NCBI RefSeq assembly: GCF_020745735.1
Contig: NC_083435.1
Coordinates: 42,842,498-42,906,497 of the forward strand
Source: Hemiscyllium ocellatum
Lineage: Eukaryota
DNA length: 64,000 nucleotides
Reading direction: 5' to 3'
Both the position numbers and the translations under genes were made by a program. The notes under the pieces are model-generated. The model was not told where the DNA came from and did not search any database. It was given only the letters and a program-made list of their open reading frames with translations. How positions within the stretch are numbered: position 1 is the first letter of the stretch; each line of letters begins with the position of its first letter. Shown here piece by piece: positions 37,429-50,269 of this stretch.

Positions 37429-37505
37429 ATGAAAGAAATTTTTGTTAAATGGTTCCATTCGAGATCTAAATGACAGTCTGTGCGTGATAACCATTCGATC
37501 TTTGT

Positions 37506-37825
37506 TTAGATTAGATTAGATTACTTACAGTGTGGAAACAGGCCCTTCGGCCCAACAAGTCCACACCGACCCGCCGAAGCGCAACCCACCCATACCCCTA
37601 CATTTACCCCTTACCTAACACTACGGGCAATTTAGCATCGCCAATTCACCTGACGCGCACATCTTTGGACTGTGGGAGGAAACCGGAGCACCCGGAGGAA
37701 ACCCACGCAGACACGGGGGAAAATGTGCAAACTCCACACAGTCTGTCGCCTGAGTCGGGAATTGAACACGAGTCTCAGGCGCTGTGAGGCAGCAGTGCTA
37801 ACCACTGTGCCACCGTGCCACCCAC
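37506..37825 (-). mobile_element. HE1-type SINE, full-length, well-preserved copy
   Basis: (ttaga)n tail, tgtggaaacaggcccttcggcccaacaagtccacacc, head gctgtgaggcagcagtgctaaccactgtgccaccgtgcc. Confidence 0.93.
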
Positions 37826-40494
37826 AATGCGGACTCAGGACTTAAATACGTACTTTGCAGAGAAGGATCATGTAGGTATCAAAATCGTGTTGAAGGTAAG
37901 TGTGGAACTGAGATATACTTTAATCAAATGTCGTTGTGAAAGACATGAGAATGTCTGCATTTAGCTGTCTTCTCCGCCCTGGATAGACAATCAGTCAACA
38001 CAATGACTGTGCACTCTTCACCTTTTGACACAAGTGAGAATGGGATAATGGTCCACTCTCCATTTAGCACAGACTGGTCGACAATGAATGAATGAAAAGT
38101 GCAGTCTCAATGCTAAATGCTCTTTACATACACAGTCCATTAGTTAAACGACCAAATTTGTTTAATCGTTCTACCAATTATTAATATCAGGAAAGCAATG
38201 TATCTTGACGTTTTAACCGTCAAACGTAGTAAGACATCATTTTAGTCTCCCAGATTTGTAGAAATTGGTAAACAGGATTAAATTATTGACAGACAATTAT
38301 TGCAAATACATGGCAATTGTTATCTGTTTAAGACAGCTGAATTCTTCAAACATCCCAGAGTTTCTTTTTTTTGCATTCACCATCTTTGTATCTGTTGATG
38401 TCATGAATTTTATTCCTGCATACTGCATCTCATGAGTTATTCTCCACAGATTTCCCTTATCAATGAAAGCTGTCGTTAATTGAACAATATTTCGCATGGA
38501 AGTAGGAAACAAATATTGCAAGATGATATCAACCAAATTGTTAAGTCTTCTGCTTTCTGTGCCTTACATTTAACGTCGTAGCTATTCTGATCCTGACACG
38601 AGGCAAGTGTGGTCTTTCCAAATGCATCACTCACTACCTGGTTGCTATGGCTGCAGCGGATCTAACAGTGGTTGTCATCCATGTCATATTGCTCCGGATT
38701 AATAGCATGTACCTCCCAATTAGTTTCCTCCTTCTGACTCCAGTGTGCAAAGTAAATCTTGTTGCCTATATTGTAGCAGTCGACTGCTCAGTCTGGTTCA
38801 CCGTCACGTTTACATTTGACAGGCTTGTAGCTATTTGCTGTCAGAAACTACGATCTAGATATTGCACTGCCAAAACTTCAAACGTGGCTGTTGCCTCTGT
38901 GTTTGTGATCAGCTGTGTGAGGAGCATTTCATTTGACTTTGGAAGTGAACCAGCTTAAAAGATTGATAACGTGTCGTGGCACTGTGTTGCAACAGATGAT
39001 TATCTCATTTCACCTTTGCGGAAAGCATTCGAATGGATAGACAGCATCATGACGCCTCTTACATCAATCCTGTTAATTATCTTGTTCAATGCTTTAACTG
39101 TGAGAAATATAATGTTTGCTGATAGAATCTGCAAGGGTCTCCAGAGAACAACTGAGAAGCAGAATGCTTCAGAAATGAAAAATCGGCGATACTCCATGAT
39201 TTTAGTATTCGGTCTGTCTGCCAATTTCATTCTCTTGTGGATTGTACAGGTCGTGCATTCAATTAACTGGCCCGTGATCAATTTTTTTTACCTCGACAAA
39301 TATTACAATAACTCGGTTTATATAACCCAGCAAGTTGAATTCATGCTGCAGCTTCTGAGTTCCTGTATAAAGACTTGCATCTATGGATTGGCTCTGAGAA
39401 AATTCAGGGAGGAATAAAAAAATGGTATGAGATATTTGTTCACTCTAAATGGGAAATTACGTAAACAGTATATAACTGGAATCGACCTGGAGCAGTGTTT
39501 ATAACTTTCGCTGTCATGTATGGTCTTGAAATATGTAAAGTCAGATGAAAGGCAAATAGAATATTTATTGCCGTCAACAAAATTTAAGATAATTGCATAG
39601 AGAAACAAATAGAAAGATAAATATGTGCATGTCATGAAATGAAAAGTTGATAACACGTTTCTAACATGGAATGTTTCAAAGTTTATCTGCCAAATATTTT
39701 TGTGGGGTTTTGCTAGTGTCTGCAACAAAAGACAAAAATCTCATTTGCAATAATGTTCGATAATGCTAAATAATGTTCCCCATGTCCTCAGTGCAAAAAA
39801 CCTCAATTTTGAACAATATTTCAGTGTTATATTTCAGCATTTTTTTATTTGCCTCCTGATTAATTCACATAATTAAAAAAAATGTTAAAATAGACCAGAG
39901 TGGAAACAATATAGGGAAACAATTACTTCTCACAACGAACTTTATGGCTGTCTTTCCCTGTAAAATCACTGACTTTGCATTGATATATTTAGCCCATGCC
40001 AAGGCTGACAGATTTGAATGTATTTTTTCTAACATTGGATCAAATTGGAAATTATGAACAAGGACTCACTATTCTCTTCGAGGACCATCTTAAACTGTAA
40101 AGGTATCCCTTTTACTCCTTCTTACTCTGATTAGCATCTCCCAGTCATCTCCCTCCTGTCTAACATGTGGGAGAATGTCAGCCACATTTTCTGTGATATA
40201 CATTTAATTCATCCTTTCGCTTTCTTCTTTTAACACACAACTTTGTTAATCTATCAATCAAATCCAGCTCCCCAGCTCACCTCAGGCTTAATGATAATTT
40301 CTTTTTAAATAAACTTCCTCCTGATCACTTCAAGTTCTATTCGCTTTTTAGTTATTATATAAACGTGTTGGTGAGTGGTATCTGTGTTTGTTAATAAGAA
40401 TAAATATGGCATACTTGCACGGTCAGAATAAATTTTTTCGGTGAAAGTCAAATAGAATTTTTTTTTAAAAAATCGTTCGTTTTGTAGGATGTGC

Positions 40495-40812
40495 ACATAG
40501 CGGACTGACCAGCATTTATTGTCCATCATAAGTTGCCTTTGAGAAGGTCGGGGTTTGCTGTTTTCTTTAACTGCGTCAATCCATCTGCTTTCGTTTGACC
40601 CCAAAGCCTTCCGGGAGGGAATTCCAGGATTTTGACACAACGACAGCGAAGGAACTGAGATATTTTTCCAAGTCAGGATGGGAAGTTGCTAGCAGGGAAA
40701 CTTGAAGATGGTACTGTTTCCACGTGTGTGCTAAGACGGTCCTTCTAGGTTGCAGGCTAAAAGGCGCTGTCTGATAATCGTTTTTTAGAATTTTGCAGTA
40801 CATTTTGTAGAT
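40495..40812 (-). mobile_element. Decayed LINE 3' fragment (CR1/L2-type), related to 54960-55300
   Basis: ccagcatttattgtccatc...ccttgagaagg...ttccaggatttt...gaaggaac similar to sequence at 54965-55260. Confidence 0.5.
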
Positions 40813-41498
40813 ATAAATATCTATACTAAATATCTGTTATCTTTAGGAACAGTTTGGGTAACTGTAAGTCAAGAACAAATGATTGTGGCGGTATTTTGAT
40901 GAAGACAAATAGAAGGAAGAACTCCTGCATGACATGAAGTTAAAAAAAAACTAATGATATGTATTAACGTGGACTATTTTATTGTTTATTTACCAAATAA
41001 TTTATGGGGTTGGGGAAAGTCCATGCACCAACATGATCTCATTCACATAAGGAAACCAATGAAGCTGAATATTGCAGAATATGTGCAATCATCAGTACCA
41101 TCTCCACTGTTGCTGCTGAACAAGGATGAACATCCGACATAGCTCTGAGGAGCTCCTGCAGAGATGTGCTAATGCTGAGGTGACATAACTGCAATCAATG
41201 CAACAATCTGCCTTTTGCACGAAATATAACTCCAGTTCACTGTTATAACCCTTAATAATTAACCTTACAATCTGTTTTGGCAATATCATTTTTTAAGCTC
41301 AATATTAAACACTCATATTACTCCTGATAATTATGTTTGTAGTATTCAATGCCAATGAATTTGGAATAAATTAATCTGGAATGATATTTCATAATTAAAT
41401 CGATTCCTTCGTAGTTTGAAGATTATCCTGAGCTCTTCTAAAGTGATGCTTTTGATGCCGTATTTCTATATAATTTGTTTATTCACCCCCTCTCCATC

Positions 41499-42380
41499 CT
41501 AGTGGCGATTGTAACGAGGTAAATGTGGACTTTGCAAATCAGTCACCGACGACTTGGTGGCCATGGCAGCGGCGGATCTATTGGTAGTTACCCTCGATCT
41601 CATAATGAGACACATACCAATAGCTCATTGGGCGGAGTTTTACTTTTTGAAGTCCATTCGCGTGTGTACTATCCAATCTGTCCTATTATATGCAGCAACA
41701 GACTTCTGTCTTGTTCACCATCATATTTACTTTCGATTGACTGGTAGCTATTTTTTGCCAGAAAATGAAAACTAAATATAGCACTGAGGAAATGGTGGCT
41801 ATAATTATAGGAAATGGAGCTGTGTTGAGCTTTCTCAAGAGTATTTTCTAATACTTTATATCGGCAAGTGAATATCGGCTGGCCAATGATCCCTGGTTTT
41901 GCAATGTAACAATGAATGTGCGCTTTACACTGCTATGGAGAACAATTTAACTTCTTCATTATGTGTCCACCCCTGCATCACATTTGTCCTCATTCTACTG
42001 TTTAATCTCTTAACGGTCAGACACATCATAGCTGCCAACATAGTCCGTCAGAGATTCCAGAGCCAGTGAATTGCAGTGAATTAACATTATCCAGAGATGA
42101 GGAACCGGAGAAAATCCAGTATTTCCATATTTTCTAAATCCACAAATGTTGTCGTCTCATGGGCTGTTCTTCTGACATACTCTGTCTGTTATAAAATGTG
42201 GTGGTTGAGATACAGTTCTTTGAGACTGCATTATATGGTTGGAGAAATAGAATTGTTCCTTCCGCTGTTACGTTCTGCCACCAACACTTGTAGTTATGAA
42301 ATGATGCAGTGTGAATTCTGTGCAGAGCTGAAGAAAATGATGAAATACCTATTCATTCTGTTGTTAAATTTCTCGTTGAA
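41499..42380 (+). pseudogene. GPR139-like GPCR exon-2 pseudogene, second subfamily (copy 4)
   Basis: RGKCGL, LVAMAAADLLVV (ORF 41554..41775), YPEMRNRRKS, SATNTCSY..AELKK (ORF 42097..42522); several frameshifts and stops. Confidence 0.88.
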
Positions 42381-43014
42381 ATCGTTCTTTGGGGAAAAAA
42401 AGACTTTCTGGTTGCGACCCCAATTTCATGTATGTTGTATTGCCCAAACAAAATTATATATGATGCTGATGTCGATTAAAAATAGAGAGTGCCGTTCTCG
42501 CCAGAGGAAAATAAATAACTGAGCCTGAACATGTGCAGATATATTAGTTGATTGTGAGCATAATACCTGCTCTTCAGATTGGGAATGTGTTGAAAGGAGC
42601 CGGCATTTTGCGACTTTAACATCAGCCTTTGTCCTTGAAAGAGAAGCTGGATAGACAGGAGTTTTGACATTGTATCGTTTTCGTCTGAAGACTCAATCAC
42701 TCAGAAGTAAGGTTGACGTTTGGACATGAAGCTTGAGATAATTGGCTGAGGTACAAGTTGAGAGGATGGCTTCACATTCTAAACAATGTATGTTCCGCAC
42801 ACAAAACGTCGGACATATCCAGCATGGCCAATTACTGTCGCATTAGCATAACTCACTCATCGGGAAAGTGATGAGAGATATCAACAGTGCGATAATGCAC
42901 CACCCAATCAGCAACAGCCTGCTCAGTGATGCCCAGTTTACCATCTGCCAGGGCCACTCAGCTCCTGACCCAATTGCTATCCTAATTCAAACATGGACAA
43001 AGTCGCTGATAAGA

Positions 43015-43320
43015 TGAGATTACTTGCCATGTGGAAACAGGCTGTTCGACCCAACAAGTGCACACTGACTCGCCGAAATGCAACCCATCCATACCCGTAA
43101 ATTTGCCCCTTACCTAACACTACGGAAAATTTAGCATGGCCAATTCACCTGATCTGCACATCTTTGGACTGTGGTAGGAAACCGGAGCACCCGGAGGAAA
43201 CCCAGGCAGACATGGAGAGAACGTGCAAACTCCAAACAGTCAGTCGCCTGAAGCGGGAATTGAATCCGCATCGCTGACGCTGTGAGGCAGCAGTGCTAAC
43301 CACTGGGCCACCGTGCTGCC
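43015..43320 (-). mobile_element. HE1-type SINE
   Basis: Colinear with 37506-37825. Confidence 0.9.
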
Positions 43321-43984
43321 TGGAAAGGCGGAATCAATAGAGAAATGATCCCGCCACGAATTAGTGAAAAAAAGACTTTTCGTCCTGAAATTAACAAACT
43401 AATTTGTGTCAGATTCAGAATTAATCCAAACTTCACTTGTGATTACCTTAGAAAATGGGTTTTTGGAGAAATCATCAATTATGAGAAAATTCATATGTTT
43501 ACCATCGTCATGTTTTTCTGGTTCCAACTTCAAATAAAAATAGAATCAAATTACTGAGTGAATTCTAAACAAAACATGAACAGTTCTGATTTAATATTTG
43601 CCAAATAATCTCCCTCACTCTGTTTGCAAACATGTTGTTAAATTTTAGCTCCAATGACTGACAGCTTTAACATGCTCCCTTTTGAACCTGAACATCTTTT
43701 TATTTCCTATTCAGTGCTTCATCCTCCAATCACACTTTCTAAATTCAGTGGCGATATTACTTTTGAGCCTTGTCACACCAGTTCCTATGTGTATTATGTA
43801 TTTTCTCATGATCATACTGAGTGAGAAATTGCATTGCTTCAAGTGCGCCAGTTGAGAATTAGCACACTCATATGAGTCAAACACTCTTAATGTAACATCG
43901 AGTTAGCCACGATCTTAACATCAGAATCGAGACAGGCCATCCAGTCAATCGAGTCTGCACCAATTCGTTGAATATGTTTCCACA

Positions 43985-44290
43985 AGATTACATTCCATAT
44001 AATGTGGAAACAGGCCCTCGGTCCAACAAGATCACACCGACCCTCCGAAAAGTTACCCACCCTGAATCATTTCCCTCTAACTAAGGCACTTAACAGTATG
44101 AGCAACGTAGCATGGCCAATTCATCTGACCTGCACATCTTTGTGATGAGTGGGTGGAAATCAAAGCACCCGGAGGAAGCCCACGCAGACACGTGTATAAT
44201 GTGCAAACTCCATACAGACAGTTGCCCAAGGCTGTAATCGAACATGGGACACTGGGGCTGTGAGGCAGCAGTGCTAACCACTGAGCCACA
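43985..44290 (-). mobile_element. HE1-type SINE
   Basis: tgtggaaacaggccc...gctgtgaggcagcagtgctaaccactgagccac. Confidence 0.9.
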
Positions 44291-45879
44291 GAAGTCGCTT
44301 TGCGATTTGAAACAGCACTTCAGAACATTGATTAGCTTTAATTGTTTAGTCCAGTAACATTACGAACCTGCACTCTGCCTCCAGCAGGAAGGCACAACTA
44401 AATATTCACAGTTCGTTTCCAGATTGTTCACCTCTCACTCCACAAAATATAACTTCTTTGTACCCATTCATTTTGAATTTCTTCCATGAATTATGAACTT
44501 TCTGACACATTTTATTGCAGAGATTGCAGGTGCCTCCAAACTTACGGTTGTGGACAACGTTCCAAATATCCAGAGATGAAAACTGAAGGAGATCCATCGT
44601 CTTACTCTTTGTCTCGGGGCGTTTTACTGTTTCAATTGTTACATGTGCTATATTCTGAATAGACATGAAATTAGATATATGCTGTAGTCGCTCAGTTACT
44701 GCACAAATACTCATAACGAGGAAGTTTTATGCTCGGTTGAGGATAAAATCTGTGAACACTGTGAAAAGTGCCTTCACAACTGTTTATAAGATGCATTGAA
44801 ACACGATATAATCCGAAGGTTCTTTCAAAACAGCCCTCCGTCCTGCGTCATATTCTTGATAATGTGTTCTCCCTCACAAGTGGAACGTGCCATCTGGTTT
44901 TACAAAAACAGACACTCTGCACTGCCAGAGAAATCACATGAAAAACACATAGTTTTGAAAACTATTCACAGCATGACAGAGGTCTGATAATAATGCTCAA
45001 ACAATCATTGTTGAATGAAATCGATTTTGATAGGCACCCAAAGAACTGAGTGCATTCGTAAATTTAATAACTTGATTTGATAGCTTAGGTATTACTATTG
45101 TCGACTTTGGTCTATAATCTTACAATCTAAAAAAGGCTCCTATCCATTATGAAAGACAATTAATCACTATCAAGCCATGCTCAGACACTTTATTGGGTTC
45201 AGCGTTATTAATTATACTTTTCTCCAGAGGTGAAGATAACATCAACTGTACCAATGGAATGTTTGCTCAAAGAAAAAGGCAATTTCGGCCTTTAGTTTTG
45301 ATCGAGCTCAGCTGGTGACATTCTACTGCTGTAGCGCTGCAGCTCATATATACAGAGGGAGATAGAACCATGTTGAAACGCAGGATGATGAGAAAATAAA
45401 ATATAAACCGATAGAAAAGGAAAGAGAGTTGCGCGTTGTGATTCAAAGGTGCAGAAATGATCAACGGGCACAGAAAGAAAGGACCAAAACAGAGAAGAAG
45501 GTACAGGGAGAGAATAATGGAGACATTGATTGGACATCAGTGAATGTTATTTGTGGTAACAGGAGGTGAAGACAGAGAAGAAAGAAGAGAATGAATTTTA
45601 GACAGATAGAGGTTAGGAAGCTGAGAGAGACAGTAGGAATACCTTGACTTAGAGAAACAACAGATTGAGAGTCGAGAAAATAGGTAAATACCTAAACACT
45701 GGAAAGATCAACTGCCGGTGAAGGAAAGAAAGAAAAGTGCAAGCAAACAATAAGCCATGGAGATAAAGAAAGAATTCAAGAGCGAAGCAAACAGTATGAA
45801 TTTCAGAGACGGTGATGGGAAATCTGAGTGGCGGGAATTTAAGTTAAAATAAAGACAGAACGAAAGGGCAGAAATGAAA

Positions 45880-47790
45880 GATGGAAGATTTCGGTCAAAT
45901 GGTAGAAAGATAAGGAGGGAGAAGATTAAATACGAGGGTAAGCTAGACAATAATGTAAAGGAACACTGCAAGAGTTTCTTTGAGATAGGCTAAAATCATG
46001 TCAGTGAGGGGGCAAAGGTATGTATGGTGACCATCACCAAGGAGAAACTGCAAGAAAAACTCAATGGCCGGAAGGTGAATAAATAACCTGAACCAGATGG
46101 ACGATACTACAGAGTTCTGATGGAAGGAGTGAAGAGAAAGTGGAGTCGTTAGTGATGATCTTTCAGGAATCAATAGAATCAGAGAGGGTCACAGAGGAGT
46201 GGAATATCACTAACATTGCATCCCTGTATAATAAGGCATAAGACAGAAAATTGCTGACAAATTACCGAACCTCGGCTGTGGGCAAGATCTTAGAACCACT
46301 ATAAATGATGCGATTTCGGAATGCTTGGAAGTGTATGGTAAAATAGGACAAAGTCAGTATGGTTTCAGAAAGGAGAGGTCATACTTGACGAATCTGCTAG
46401 AGCTCGGTTCAAACATAACAAGCAGGTTTGATCAAGGAGAACCAATAGATGCTAGCTACTTGGACTTCAGGAAGGCCCATTGACAATGTGCTTCAAGCAG
46501 GCTACTGAGTGAGATAAGGGCCCATGGTAGCAGAGGCAAGGTGCTCGCATAGATGTCTAGCAGGCGACAGAGAGAGGGGACAAAAGGGTTCTTCTCAAGA
46601 AGGCAGCTAGTGGCAAGTGGTGTTATGCAAGGCTCAGAGTTGGGACAAAAACTTTTCACTTGATGCATGAACGATGAAGATGACGGAACTGAGGGCATTC
46701 TGGCTACGTTTGCAGACGATACAAAGACGGGTAGAGAGACAGTTAGCATTGAGGAATTGGGGAGGCTGAAGAAGGATTTAGACAGGTTAAGAGAGTGGGT
46801 AAAGAAGTGGAAGATGGAGCTTCATGTGGGGAAATGTGACGTCATGAACTTTGGTAGTAAGTATAGAGGAATGGACAATTTTCTATATGGGGAGACAATT
46901 CAGATGTCTGAAGTGCAAAAAGACTTCGGAGTTCGAGTGCAGGATTCTCTCAAGCTAAACACGCAGGTTCTGTCGATAATTAGGAAGACAAATGCAATGA
47001 TCGAAGAATCAATACAGCCTAGAAACAGTTCATTTGGCCCAACAGGTGGATACCAATCCTCTGAAGACTGTCCCACCCAGACCGATTCCCTTACCGTATA
47101 TTTTGCCCCTGTCTAATTGACCTAACCTACACCTCCCTGAACACAGTGAGCAATTTAGCACAGCCAATTCACCTCGCCTGCACATCTTTGGATAGTGTGA
47201 GGATAACATTGCATCCACAGGAAACTCATGCAGACACAACGAGAATGTCCAAACTCCACACAGACAGTCACTCGAGGCGGGATTCGAATCTGCATCCCTG
47301 GCACTGTGAGGCAGCACTGCTAATTACTGAACTTGTTATGTTGGGAGGATTTGAATATTAAAGCAGGTATGTACTTCTGAGGCTACTTAAGCCTCGGATC
47401 AGGCCACCTTTAGAGCATTGTGCACAGTGTTGGCCCACATATATTCGGAAGAATGTACTGGCAATTGAGAACGTTCGGATCTGGTTACAACAATGGTCCC
47501 ATTAAGGAAAAGCTTAACATATAAGGAACTTTTGAGGACTCTGGGTCTATATTCGATGGAGTTTGGCAGGATGAGGGGGTCCTTATTGAAACTTCCAGAA
47601 TACTGAATGATCTGGACAGAGTGGATATTGGGAAGATGTTTCTATCGATAGGAGAGACTTTGACCCGAGGGACTGGCCTCAGACAGACCTTCTATAACAG
47701 GGATAAGGAACAAAGACTTCTGCCAGAGAATGGTCAATCTATGAATTCATTGGAGTACTGGTTATTGAGTGTATTTAATACTTAGAGAAA
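45880..47790 (+). mobile_element. CR1 LINE RT region, decayed, with nested SINE
   Basis: ORF 46667..47116 (FADDTK; WVKKWKMELHVGKCDVMNFG); tacttggacttcaggaaggc (YLDFRKA). Confidence 0.88.
47003..47335 (-). mobile_element. HE1-type SINE nested in CR1
   Basis: caatttagcacagccaattcacct...gcactgtgaggcagcactgctaa. Confidence 0.85.
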
Positions 47791-48044
47791 TAGGTTCTTA
47801 ATTGTCTAGGAAAGAGCAAGAAACAGAATGAGAGAGAGAAAAATCGATAACAAAGAAATGAAGATTCAGAAATCGAGAGAGTAAGGGCAGACATAAATAT
47901 TGGATGATATTTGAGACTGAGAGACAGTGCAATGGAAAAATATAATGGAAGAAAATGGGTGGGAAAGATAAAAACAGAGGAAGTTAGACTGGGAAAGAGA
48001 GAAGAGAGATTTGAGTAGGACCAACACACTAAAATATGATTATA

Positions 48045-48356
48045 GATCCCACACACTGGAGAAAGAGGCGTTTCCAACCCTCCAAAGAGCATTCTAGCCA
48101 GATCCACACCCCGACACCCGCACCCCCACCCCCAACCTGATCTCTGCATTTACCAGGACAAATCCACCTGCAACCAGTGAACATTTTGGGGCAATTTAGG
48201 ATGGAGAATCTAACTGACCCACAGATCTTTGAACTGTGGGAGGAAACTGGAACACCACACAGTCACAGGGAGAATGCAAATTCCACAGATACACTCACCC
48301 ACGGCTGGAACCGAACACAAGTCCCTAGTGCAGTGAGGCAGCAGTGCTGACCACTC
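48045..48356 (-). mobile_element. HE1-type SINE (degraded)
   Basis: ggcaatttaggatgg...ctgtgggaggaaactgga...gtgaggcagcagtgctgaccact. Confidence 0.8.
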
Positions 48357-48983
48357 AAAACAATGGTACCAGCCCAAGCAGGCCACTTGGCCTATAATGC
48401 CCTCTGCCACAGTTCCCAATCACACACTGACTGACAAGACACACGGGTAGCAGACAACTCTCACGTAAATGAAAATCAAAATTAGTGCAGCTGATGGAAA
48501 TTCAAAGCGAAAACATAAATTACTGGACAAAATATAAGCAGGTCTAGCAGCATCTAGGTCGAGTAATCAGAGTTTGTGTCGTGGATGCTATGAACTTCTT
48601 CAGAACACTTCTTTATGTCGTGTCTCTAATGAAAAAGGAATAACTCACAGAACCATCGGATCTAAAACCTTCCCACGGTCGAAACAACTGAGGTAACCAC
48701 GCATGGCACGTGGGCCGGAACAAGAGACAGACTGGGGATGGTTAGAAATTGAAAAGGTAACGACAAGAGGAGAGAGAAAGGAGCAGAATGGAACGTGCGA
48801 TTAGTTCCTTTCTTGGAGACAAAATACAAATTCGAATTCGTCTGAGCAGTTTAAATTATACATGAAACATAACAAACTGCTTTCAAATTTCAATTGACTA
48901 TATTGATAATCTTAAAAGCCAATGACACAATCCGATACTCTGGAGTCCAGGACAGAGGAAAATTGAATAAATGGCAGGACATC

Positions 48984-49397
48984 TGTCACGTCCTAGCATG
49001 TAAAACACTTCTTGAAAGAAATATCGCTCTTAAAAGTCCCTTTTCGATCAGAAACCTGTAATGCAGAAATTCCTAACAGCGAGAGAAGAAGACACAGGAA
49101 GATCCGAAGACAAGAGCTAAAGTTGTCTAATTTTTAGATAAGAAGTGTTGTATTGAAAATTTTAATTGGAAGTTATATCGGACGAGTATTATAGAAGGGA
49201 AGCTAAACGATGGGTTCGAAAAAGACATTGTAATTAGTGGTGAGTCAATTATTCTTTTATACTTTAGCAAATAAATTTGTTATTTTTTACTTTAAATCGT
49301 TCTTGGCCACTCGAGTGTTGCAGATTGCTACATGGGATAAATATTTTCTGTGTTGCTGGTTTTAAATTCAGCAGGAGGGTTTACCCCATCTCTAACA
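48984..49397 (+). mobile_element. Possible solo LTR remnant
   Basis: TGTCAC...TAACA ends; absent from the paralogous segments at about 5900-6100 and 63400-63600. Confidence 0.3.
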
Positions 49398-50269
49398 ATA
49401 TATTAAGCTGGCGTAGCTACTGGCGATAAGCTTAAATCATGGCTATCTAATTGATTGGGGACGGGGAAGAGTTTTTCATTCCAAAAATGGTGAGCAGTAA
49501 ACAGCCAATGAAGTCGGGGGAACAAATGTATGCAGCACGTTTTGCTAATGAGATTACTCGTGGAGACATACAAGAAACCTTGGTTTCTTTATAATGACTT
49601 AGTACAGCTAAGGAATCCCACAAGCAGCATTTGACTGGTGCAGCTGCAAATTACCGGAACGCAGAGAACCCAAGAAACATCGCCAGTTTAGTGATGCACG
49701 CTATCTGCACACAAGCTGAAAATGCAATCGTGAAGTGGCATCCGAGTGCGAGCTGCAGAACCCAGGGTACATGGTCCGAAGAAAGTCGAGTGAACATCAG
49801 GAGTCAGAAGTAGGCACTTTTCTTGTCATACTGGCTTGTGTAGGATTTGTAAAACTATCACACAGTTCTGTCCTCACCCATTCCCTCCCTCCAAGAATAG
49901 CATTAAGGTTCGCAATGCCCTTATTTTCCATACCATTCGTCTTGGGAATTAAACTGTTCTGCTGAATCCTCCATCAATTCTGCTAACTCCAGTAGAATTC
50001 CCCAACCAAATCTATCTTCTTCCTTCCACTGTCAGCATTCTGCAAATATTAACGCCACTGCTACACCAGGTACAGTCCTTCATCACTTCTAACATTTCCT
50101 CAACCCACGCAATCACTTACCAGATATGGTGTATCTTGGCTCATTAAACTGGCATCATTACTGAGTGTAAACCTGTGCGTCCCCTCTCAAACAACTTCCC
50201 ACCCCCAACAACTTGCACGTCATTTGTAACCAAATGATATCACAATGGCTTCTTGAATGGAAGAATTAA

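Larger units (their letters stand above)
34849..39471 (+). pseudogene. GPR139-like GPCR copy 3 pseudogene (exon 1 34849-34918; exon 2 about 38570-39471)
   Basis: Exon 1 intact (MGYPVIYQIDRIYYLILAAVSIP). Exon 2 is closely similar to 15159-16060 but the acceptor is AT instead of AG (38568-38569) and there are in-frame TAA stops at 38956-38958 and 39415-39417. Confidence 0.9.

Noticed and set aside
37755-37825. tRNA gene
   Set aside because: tRNA-derived A/B-box head of an HE1 SINE, continuous with SINE body and tail.
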